From Candidatus Asgardarchaeum abyssi (GTDB lineage: Archaea > Asgardarchaeota > Asgardarchaeia > Asgardarchaeales > Asgardarchaeaceae), in NCBI GenBank assembly GCA_040225955.1, contig JBECUL010000048.1, forward strand, positions 1 to 16,425: a DNA stretch of 16,425 nt, written 5' to 3'. The translations under genes were made by a program, and so were the position numbers. Shown here in pieces: positions 1-7,254 of the stretch (its first letter is position 1; each line of letters opens with the position of its first letter). The notes beneath the pieces were generated by a model, which saw nothing but the letters and a program-made list of their open reading frames with translations, was not told where the DNA came from and did not search any database.

Positions 1-2014
1 ATAAATATTTGAAACTGTCAATAGTAAGAATTTTAGCCAAGCGTTTATTCAAAACTGCTACAATATCGCCCACATATTCTGAGGGAGTGGTAATTTCAAG
101 CTTTTGCCAAGGTTCCAATAAGGTTGGTTCACTCTCAAGAATTAAAGTCTTTACTTCACTGAAGACCTCATTTAATTCTATCAAATCTATTTTGTCAGTG
201 GGTAATAAAGAGCCGAATTCGGATATTTCAATAAGAATTCCATAACAAGGTTCTCCTACCAGCGGTCCTTTTTGAAGTATGAGATCTATAGTTGTTTTTA
301 TTTGTGGATATAAAGCTTCCGGTACAGTCTCTGAGTTATCAATAACTATGTTCTTATATTTTGGATTATAACCAATGATTGTTCCTTTCTCTAAAATTCC
401 ACATTCGCTAAGTATTTTTCTTATATCACCCGCTCTCTGAGATTCTATTTTTTGAATAAAACACTCATTTAAAGGAAGTACTCTGTATGTAAACTTTGTT
501 CCTTCTTTAGTTTCTTTACTGAGAAATCTACTTGATCTTAAAATACCTTCGCGATATAATACTATTGGACGACCTACCTCTACATATATGCCGGCTCTTT
601 GGAGTTTTTGTAAGAATATTTCTATTTGCAATTCACCCATCCCAGAAAGTAGCATTTCACCAGTATCTTTATTTATTGAAAATTCGATACCTGGTTCGGT
701 TTTAGCGAACTGCGAGATCATCTGCTGAACATAGTCATACTGTGAAAAATCAACAGGTTCTATAGATACCGTAACCACAGGTTCGGACACATAGCGTAAT
801 CTTTCAAATGGTTCAATATTTTTAAGTTCCGGAGAGACTATTGTTTCACCTACAATTATATCTTTAATACCTATAAAGACTACATGATTACCAGAAGAGA
901 CTTCACGTACTGGAATTTTTGATTTACCTATCACTACAGCAAGTTGATTAACTATGAAATCGTTTCCAGCATGAACCATATGTAATGCCTGTTTAACTTT
1001 TATTGTACCAGAAAAAACACGACCGGTGGCAATGAAACCGGCTTTTAAATCGTATTTAACATCATAAATGAATACAACAGGGGGCGCGTTTAAATCGCAC
1101 TCTATTAGAGCTTTTCCTATCTCTGAGGATAAATCCCCTTGCCAGATAATTGGAATTCTGGCCTTTTGAGCTTCTCGAGGATTTGGGATATGATCAATTA
1201 TCATCTCTAACACTGCTTTTCCGACAGGAAATCTTTCTGATAACTCCTTTACATTATTTTCTTTATATTGTGAATATACATATTTTAAGAAATCTTTTAA
1301 TATTTGTAAGAGCTCACTTGTTGATTTAACATCATTAATGGATTTTCCAGCCCATTCTAGAATATCTATCAAACGTACGCCCCATTTATCTTTCGCCGAG
1401 CCGAAAGCCACATTAAGTCTTAAAAAGGATACTCTCCAATTTTCTGATATTTTACTTTCTGAATACTTTTCTAATAAGATATTAAAGTTTCTAACAATAT
1501 CATTGATAGCTTTTAAAAAATCATCAGGATTTAGTCTCTTTTCCTTAATTAAGCGGTCTACTTTATTTATAAATAATACAGGTTTTACATATTCGCTCAG
1601 TGCTTGTCTTGTTACAGTCTCTGTTTGAACCATAACACCTTCAATGGCATCAATGACTACAAGAGCTCCATCTGAAGCTCTTAAACTACGTGTAACATAT
1701 CCAGAGAAATCTATGTGACCAGGTGTATCTATTAAGTTTATTATATATTCTTGTCCTTTGTATATATAGTGAATCACAGCATTTGCAGCTTTTATTGTTA
1801 TACCACGAGTTTGTTCAATCTGATCATAATCTAAATATCTAAGTTCAGAAGCTAACTTCTTTGAAATGAGACCTGATGCAGCTAATAAAGAATCACTCAA
1901 CGTTGTTTTCCCGTGGTCTATATGAGCAATTATAGTAACATTTCGAATGTTCTCTATGTTTTTCATTATAGGTAAGACCTTTTGCGTTATATATTTTCTA
2001 AAGAGGTGAGACAA
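1..2014 (-). CDS. Translation elongation factor 2 family GTPase, divergent paralog (aEF-2p-like); 3' end beyond the window
   Basis: Not in the ORF track. Manual translation is open for 671 codons: IRNVTIIAHIDHGKTTLSD (G1), EQTRGITIK (G2), NLIDTPGHIDF (G3), FINKVD (G4), AFGSA (G5), HIPNPREAQKARIPIIWQGD, GRVFSGT (domain II), EPVVTVSIEP and SGMGELQIE (domain III), GPLVGEP and PTLLEP (domains IV/V). The start is TTG at 2014 (the N-terminus RKYITQKVLPIMKN resembles archaeal EF-2) or ATG at 1966. Confidence 0.95.
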   Translation of the reverse strand, partial: MSHLFRKYITQKVLPIMKNIENIRNVTIIAHIDHGKTTLSDSLLAASGLISKKLASELRYLDYDQIEQTRGITIKAANAVIHYIYKGQEYIINLIDTPGHIDFSGYVTRSLRASDGALVVIDAIEGVMVQTETVTRQALSEYVKPVLFINKVDRLIKEKRLNPDDFLKAINDIVRNFNILLEKYSESKISENWRVSFLRLNVAFGSAKDKWGVRLIDILEWAGKSINDVKSTSELLQILKDFLKYVYSQYKENNVKELSERFPVGKAVLEMIIDHIPNPREAQKARIPIIWQGDLSSEIGKALIECDLNAPPVVFIYDVKYDLKAGFIATGRVFSGTIKVKQALHMVHAGNDFIVNQLAVVIGKSKIPVREVSSGNHVVFIGIKDIIVGETIVSPELKNIEPFERLRYVSEPVVTVSIEPVDFSQYDYVQQMISQFAKTEPGIEFSINKDTGEMLLSGMGELQIEIFLQKLQRAGIYVEVGRPIVLYREGILRSSRFLSKETKEGTKFTYRVLPLNECFIQKIESQRAGDIRKILSECGILEKGTIIGYNPKYKNIVIDNSETVPEALYPQIKTTIDLILQKGPLVGEPCYGILIEISEFGSLLPTDKIDLIELNEVFSEVKTLILESEPTLLEPWQKLEITTPSEYVGDIVAVLNKRLAKILTIDSFKYL

Positions 2015-2019
2015 TGGGG

Positions 2020-2610
2020 TTACCCCCTCAGTTTATTACGTTCATTCTCCAAAAGCTTTGCTAACTCTCTTACTATAGGCATCTCAGCATTCTTTAATTC
2101 ATTTAAGTCTTCCCAAAATTCATCTAAATTCTCTTTACGAATTCCACTTCTTTCATAAGTTAATGCTTGAAAGAGCATATCAAGGATATCAGAGTATCTT
2201 ACAATCTTGGATTCAATTGATTTTTCTTCTATAAGTTCGTTCCAAAGAGAATCCAAATCCTCTATGGGAAATTTACTAAATATTTCTGAAACTATCTTTT
2301 GTTCTGTTTTTATTTTATGATCCTTACCTATGTACCTTATGGCAGTATAATTTAGATCTTGGAGCTTGCTTTCAGCAATATCATGAATTAGTGCAAGTTC
2401 AATGGTTTTCTTAACATCTACGTCGTACCCATTCTTTTTAGAATACTCAGCAATTAACATTGATATCAAGGCCACACGAAAGCTGTGATCAGCTACACTC
2501 TCAACATCACATATAGGGACATTAGAAACTATCCAGCCGTACCGTGGCACACGCTTTAGTATCCCAGCAAGAGTAATTAATTCGAATATTTTAGTGGCTT
2601 CATCTGTCAA
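2020..2610 (-). CDS. HD-domain phosphohydrolase, YfbR/HDDC2-like 5'-deoxynucleotidase family
   Basis: LKRVPRYGW, ESVADHSFR, LIHDIAE and a later D (YSDILD) match the family pattern; 196 aa; TTG start. Confidence 0.88.
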   Translation of the reverse strand: MTDEATKIFELITLAGILKRVPRYGWIVSNVPICDVESVADHSFRVALISMLIAEYSKKNGYDVDVKKTIELALIHDIAESKLQDLNYTAIRYIGKDHKIKTEQKIVSEIFSKFPIEDLDSLWNELIEEKSIESKIVRYSDILDMLFQALTYERSGIRKENLDEFWEDLNELKNAEMPIVRELAKLLENERNKLRG

Positions 2611-2664
2611 ATTTCACACTTCCACTTTATATTAATTTTCAATAAAGAATTTAAGGTGAAATAA

Positions 2665-2681
2665 ATAAAATAGTTATTAAA
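2665..2681 (+). promoter_or_regulatory. Putative BRE/TATA promoter for the 457-aa ORF
   Basis: A-rich run followed by TTATTAAA (2674-2681), starting about 25 nt before ATG 2699, in a divergent intergenic region. The AT-rich background weakens the call. Confidence 0.4.
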
Positions 2682-2698
2682 GTTAACGAGTGATCCAA

Positions 2699-4063
2699 AT
2701 GGCAGAGATTACAATTGATTATCCTAATTTTCGATTTAATGACTTTATAAAAGTTCTTAAAGACAAAGTTAGAAAACTGGACTGGGCTATTATAGAGGAC
2801 TCCGAGGAAATACTTGATAGAAAATTTTCATTTGCAGCAACAAAGCATGGCGATTTAGTTGTCTTTACAGGGATACATGATATTGGTGAGGGATATAATA
2901 GAATAAAGATATTCATAATGGTTGATTTAAAAGCAATAAAGGCGACAATGACCGCCTTAGATGTAGGTACAAAGGTTTTAACAGCATTGGGAATAATAGC
3001 AACTGGTACAATAGGTTTTGCAGTAGCTGCTGGTAAATTTACATTCTCTAAGATACTGAATTTTAAAAAGAAAAAGGACTTAGAGAACTTCTGGAAGAAT
3101 GTTATTAAGGAGATTTTAGAAAAGGACTTAGAATATAAAGGATTATTAATCGAAGACTATGAAATAGGGCTTCCACAAATCAGTGATGAAGAAAGACTCT
3201 ATTGGAATAATGTTTATAAATCATACTTGGATTTACTCGAAATGAAACTAAGAAGAAAGCTTGTAAGTATGGCATTATGGGACGCAGGGAATAAAAAAGC
3301 TGATTCCAAAAGGAAAGAACCAAATGTCATGATTTATAGAGATAGATTATTTAGAGATGGAATTGTGGATATAGTTGGTTACGCAAAGCTTAAAGATGCT
3401 ATCCAGATGGTTTTTGTCTTTACGAATAGGAAGCCAACAGCAACCCCATTTACATTAGAAGAAATAGCATCTATCCTTAGAGGGGCCGATAGCTATGCTC
3501 ATTTTAAATTTGCGAATGAACAAAAACCAATTCAAACCACATGTATATTTATCTCTGCAACAACACCACCCTTCAGTCAGGATATCTGCAATTTCATTGA
3601 AACAAATTACTATGTCGTAGGAGATTTGGATAGCAAAGTTCCACTAATTTTCCTGATACCTCCTCTCGAAAAGAAAGTAGAAGAAAGAAAAAGAGTCGGC
3701 GAAAAAATGCCTTTTGGTGAAATGCTTGAAGGCATAATTCAGAAAGGCTTAGAGATTTTTTCAGGTATAGCTAAAGAAAGTATTTGGCACAATATCTACA
3801 GACCCTCAAAATACTCAATGCTTATATCAAAAATCAATAAAATACCGTTCTCAAATTTCTTAAAAATACCAGTTATGGAGGATGACACGCTTAAATATAG
3901 CTATGAGGGGCCTATAACAATAGAGAAATATCAACAGATAGTTGATAGATTTTTATTTGAGTGGGAAAATCTTCTAACACCACACACGGCTGCAAGGTAT
4001 CTTAATTTACAAAAGTTCTATGAGGCAAAATCCTTTGTCGAAGCTCAATTAAATTATGAATAA
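2699..4063 (+). CDS. Hypothetical protein with an N-terminal hydrophobic segment and a possible degenerate Mrr-like PD-(D/E)XK fold
   Basis: Long ORF filling the gap. ATG 2699 is preferred over the track's GTG 2690 because GAGTGAT then serves as the SD. The Gly/Ala-rich hydrophobic stretch is VLTALGIIATGTIGFAVAAG. The fold call is pattern-based only. Confidence 0.75.
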   Translation: MAEITIDYPNFRFNDFIKVLKDKVRKLDWAIIEDSEEILDRKFSFAATKHGDLVVFTGIHDIGEGYNRIKIFIMVDLKAIKATMTALDVGTKVLTALGIIATGTIGFAVAAGKFTFSKILNFKKKKDLENFWKNVIKEILEKDLEYKGLLIEDYEIGLPQISDEERLYWNNVYKSYLDLLEMKLRRKLVSMALWDAGNKKADSKRKEPNVMIYRDRLFRDGIVDIVGYAKLKDAIQMVFVFTNRKPTATPFTLEEIASILRGADSYAHFKFANEQKPIQTTCIFISATTPPFSQDICNFIETNYYVVGDLDSKVPLIFLIPPLEKKVEERKRVGEKMPFGEMLEGIIQKGLEIFSGIAKESIWHNIYRPSKYSMLISKINKIPFSNFLKIPVMEDDTLKYSYEGPITIEKYQQIVDRFLFEWENLLTPHTAARYLNLQKFYEAKSFVEAQLNYE

Positions 4064-4140
4064 ATATTTCTTGTAAGAACTTTAGAGTCAAATCTAATCA
4101 AGTAAGCATCGACTTAATTTACTTAAGCTTAGGTGATAAA

Positions 4141-5385
4141 ATGACAGAAAGATTATTTTTAGATAACGCATATCTGTTTAAATGCTCTGCGAAAGTGAGA
4201 ATGTTGAACATAAGAGAAGACGGGAAACTGGAGCTAATATTGAATAGGACAATATTTCATCCTAAAGGAAGTGGACAAATTAATGATATAGGATACATTA
4301 GAAGTGCCTCCTTTGAGGGGAAAGTTATCGATGTTGTAGAAGAGGGAGAAGATATCGTTCATGTGGTGGAAATTCTGAGAGGAGAAGCAAAAGAGAATGA
4401 TACAGTAGAGTGTGAAATTGATAGGAATAGAAGATATGCAATAATGAGAGCTCATACAGGGGAACATATACTAGCAAGAGCTTTTAAGAAAATAATACCA
4501 AATTCTGAAATTAAAGGAGTTTACTTAGAAGAGGACAGAGGATATATTATTGTTTCGGGTATTTCTAAGGCTGAAATTTGGAATCAAATTTCAAGAGCAG
4601 AAGAAATAGCTAATAAAGTTATTTCTGAGGGAAGAAAGGTTACTGTTAAGTATTATGACTCTCTGAGTGAGGCTATGAAGCATTATGGAAATTCTTTAAG
4701 ATGCAGGCTTGAGGAATTCGAGGGAATTAGCAGAGTTCGGATAGTTGAAATTGACAAATATGATTATACAGCATGTTCAGGGACTCATGTCAGCAATACT
4801 ATAGAAGTTCGTTTTGTAAAAATTACTGGATATGAAAAATACGACAAGACTTCATATAAACTTAGATTTTCAACGGGAGAAATAGCATTAAAGAGTGCCA
4901 TTAGGTTATCAAATTTATTATTGGAGTTATCTAGGGAGTTATCTACAAGCGAAAATCTAGTTAAAGAGACCGTTAATAATCTAGTTCTAAAGATTAAAGA
5001 TTTAACAAAACACCTAAAAAGATTATCAGCGAGTTATGTGAGAGCTTTAATTAAAATACAAAGGATTGTACATAAAGACCTGAAAATGAATGAAATTGAA
5101 ATTGAATATAGTGATTTGGGTGATTTAATTAAAATTTTAAAAGATGAACAAATTTTTGATGATAAACTACTTTGGATTTTTAGCATAAGGAACCCTAAGT
5201 CAGCAATTATAATTTCTGGGAGGTCAATTGAGGATTTAAACTTTAAGTCTCTTCTAAGAACTTTACAAGAGAACATTAAAGACGTTGGTGGCGTGAAAAG
5301 AAAAGAATTCATTCTACTTAACTTCAAAGATCCTAATCAAATGAGTAAGGCTATTCTCTTAATAAAGAAAGAATTAGAGAAATAA
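4141..5385 (+). CDS. alaX: Free-standing alanyl-tRNA editing protein, long form (AlaX-L)
   Basis: TIFHPKGSGQINDIG glycine-rich motif, zinc ligands HTGEH and CSGTH, a C-terminal helical/C-Ala-like extension and no aminoacylation domain; SD AGGTGAT upstream. Confidence 0.9.
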   Translation: MTERLFLDNAYLFKCSAKVRMLNIREDGKLELILNRTIFHPKGSGQINDIGYIRSASFEGKVIDVVEEGEDIVHVVEILRGEAKENDTVECEIDRNRRYAIMRAHTGEHILARAFKKIIPNSEIKGVYLEEDRGYIIVSGISKAEIWNQISRAEEIANKVISEGRKVTVKYYDSLSEAMKHYGNSLRCRLEEFEGISRVRIVEIDKYDYTACSGTHVSNTIEVRFVKITGYEKYDKTSYKLRFSTGEIALKSAIRLSNLLLELSRELSTSENLVKETVNNLVLKIKDLTKHLKRLSASYVRALIKIQRIVHKDLKMNEIEIEYSDLGDLIKILKDEQIFDDKLLWIFSIRNPKSAIIISGRSIEDLNFKSLLRTLQENIKDVGGVKRKEFILLNFKDPNQMSKAILLIKKELEK

Positions 5386-5386
5386 T

Positions 5387-7102
5387 TTATTCTTCTTCCT
5401 TTCTCTTCTTAAATAGAACACTCAACTTTTTTGAAAATATAGGTGTAGCAACGCCAACAGCAACACCTACAACAATTCCTATTACCAAGCCTAGCCATAG
5501 ATTGTCTTGTGCACTTTGCTTCCAGTATTCAACAAGATCATGATAAAATGTTGCATTGTTCTTAGCTTGGATATAATCAAACTTTAGATTTTCAAGTTCT
5601 TTCTTCGTTCTATCAAGCTCTTCTCTAGTCTCGTTAAGTAAACTTTGACTTTCGTTAAGGAGGGCTTTTGTTTCATTAAGTTCATCTTCTAATTGATCTA
5701 AATATGTGCCCATGGTTGCATTTGCTGCAGTTATTCTGTCTCTCATTTCGACAAGTTCTTCTCTCAAGTTTCTAAGCCGTTCAACAATATCTGTCTGGTT
5801 TAATGCTTCGGCTTCAGCAATTAATTCATCTATTGCATCTATAGCATCAGATAATTGAAACGCCACAATTTGTAATTGAACATCCAAGGAAATATGATAA
5901 GCATCTTCAAAGAGATAATGCTGTTTAACTTGGACCGAGTTTAAAAATAGATGGAGTTCAACATCATCTATATCTACATATACATTGGTTGGACTCGATG
6001 GATTATACGTTCCCGTCTTAGTTGAATTGTATACAGAGTGGGTTACTTCATCAACTATGCCCACCGTCATATAGAATTCAGATAATACCTCCGAGTAGGT
6101 TAAACTTCCATTGATAAATATTGTTGAATATCCTTTACCAGCCAAGTAAGCTTTAACTTTAGGATATCCACTTGTTCCTTTTCCAGTATCACCAAAAACA
6201 TCGATCATTTTTGCTATTCCGCCATCATATTCATTTGTAAAGTTGTCAAAGAGTATAAGATACTTAGATGCGTTAATCTCTGCATATGTTAGGACGAATC
6301 CCTTATCTGTATCTGGGTTTACTTCAAGGATTGTGTAGCTAAATATGGATGTCACTTTGCTTCCATTATAGTTGAGAAGATCATTTTGATCCCCAATTAA
6401 ATAACTATTTACGAAAATTGCTTTAGGATACTTTACAATTCTCTCAAAGAAAACATATGCTAAGAACTCAGAGCTGTTTAGAATAATATGAAGTTCGACA
6501 TCTGATGGATCAATTTCTACATTATTTGGATCAGATACATTAAAGAGCCCCGTTCCTGTTGAATTATATATCTTAAGGTCTGTATCATTTCTGAAACCAT
6601 ATGAGTAGAAAAATTCAATAGCCACATTTTCATACGCTTTTGTGTTGTTAAGATATACAGTTGCATTTCCCCATCCTGCTAAATGAGCAAATACTGTCGG
6701 AAATGAAGAGTCTCCATGACCGGTAGTTCCATGAAGTAGAATGTTTGTTGCAATACCCCCATCTTGCCAGCTTTCTTTTTGATAAAACGTTGTAACAATT
6801 ATGGTATATTCAGTTGATTCATTTTTATATTTTAAAAGTAAATAACCCTCATTTGATTTATAATCCACATTTATTACACTAAAAGCGCTAACATTCTTAA
6901 CATAAGTTGCATTCTCATCAAGTAAATTAGTTTCATTACCAAGTAATACTCCATCTTCAGCAATAATAAGAGAACCGAGAGAAATCATGTTCGTATTCGG
7001 ACTTTCATTGCTTACAGCCCAAACGTTTACCACACACGCATTTATTGTCATGAATAAAAGTAACCACAATGTTGCAAATGCGAAGATCTTTGACTTTTTC
7101 AT
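5387..7102 (-). CDS. Secreted, C-terminally membrane-anchored surface glycoprotein (two tandem domains plus coiled-coil stalk)
   Basis: Signal peptide MKKSKIFAFATLWLLLF..., internal duplication, coiled coil at aa ~410-533, TM helix LWLGLVIGIVVGVAVGVATPIF, basic tail, 22 N-x-S/T sequons by hand count; SD GGAGG. Confidence 0.85.
   Translation of the reverse strand: MKKSKIFAFATLWLLLFMTINACVVNVWAVSNESPNTNMISLGSLIIAEDGVLLGNETNLLDENATYVKNVSAFSVINVDYKSNEGYLLLKYKNESTEYTIIVTTFYQKESWQDGGIATNILLHGTTGHGDSSFPTVFAHLAGWGNATVYLNNTKAYENVAIEFFYSYGFRNDTDLKIYNSTGTGLFNVSDPNNVEIDPSDVELHIILNSSEFLAYVFFERIVKYPKAIFVNSYLIGDQNDLLNYNGSKVTSIFSYTILEVNPDTDKGFVLTYAEINASKYLILFDNFTNEYDGGIAKMIDVFGDTGKGTSGYPKVKAYLAGKGYSTIFINGSLTYSEVLSEFYMTVGIVDEVTHSVYNSTKTGTYNPSSPTNVYVDIDDVELHLFLNSVQVKQHYLFEDAYHISLDVQLQIVAFQLSDAIDAIDELIAEAEALNQTDIVERLRNLREELVEMRDRITAANATMGTYLDQLEDELNETKALLNESQSLLNETREELDRTKKELENLKFDYIQAKNNATFYHDLVEYWKQSAQDNLWLGLVIGIVVGVAVGVATPIFSKKLSVLFKKRKEEE
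5625..5685 (-). repeat. Three degenerate 21-nt coding repeats (heptads LNETKAL/LNESQSL/LNETREE)
   Basis: tcgttaag/tcgttaag/tcattaag recur at 5631, 5652 and 5673 on the + strand. Confidence 0.7.
5900..6970 (-). repeat. Protein-level tandem duplication of a ~180-aa domain
   Basis: DGGIA at aa 114/293, YNSTxTG at 179/358 and DVELH at 201/380, a constant offset of 179 aa. Confidence 0.9.
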
Positions 7103-7254
7103 TTCTTTTCCTCCATATTGATGAGTTTAAAATTGTTACAAATTGAATATAGTTAAATTATTATATTTTACTATCTGACAATTAGAAAGACACAAAACAA
7201 TACAAATTATCATATTTTAATTTTATTGCTTTAGCTTTTTAAGGAGGAAATTAT

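Noticed and set aside
9-245. 78-aa + strand ORF in the track
   Set aside because: Antisense shadow of the EF-2 paralog; no motif.
1338-1628. 96-aa + strand ORF in the track
   Set aside because: Antisense to the EF-2 G domain.
1-2014. Calling this gene the canonical EF-2 (fusA) or a pseudogene
   Set aside because: Loss of both domain IV loops and absence of rpS7 upstream argue against canonical EF-2; 671 uninterrupted codons with intact GTPase motifs argue against a pseudogene.
2003-2064. Strong SD (GAGGTGA) plus ATG 2014 on the + strand giving a 16-aa peptide, MGLPPQFITFILQKLC
   Set aside because: Very short, antisense to the HD gene end, and explainable as the complement of the EF-2p 5' region. 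No support without ribosome profiling.
4064-4140. Weak inverted repeat (AAGTAA...TTACTT) upstream of alaX as a possible regulatory RNA
   Set aside because: Short AT-only-rich arms expected by chance; no tRNA or riboswitch features.
2719-5327. Short minus-strand ORFs 2719-2916, 4234-4467 and 5034-5327
   Set aside because: Fully antisense to longer, well-supported genes.
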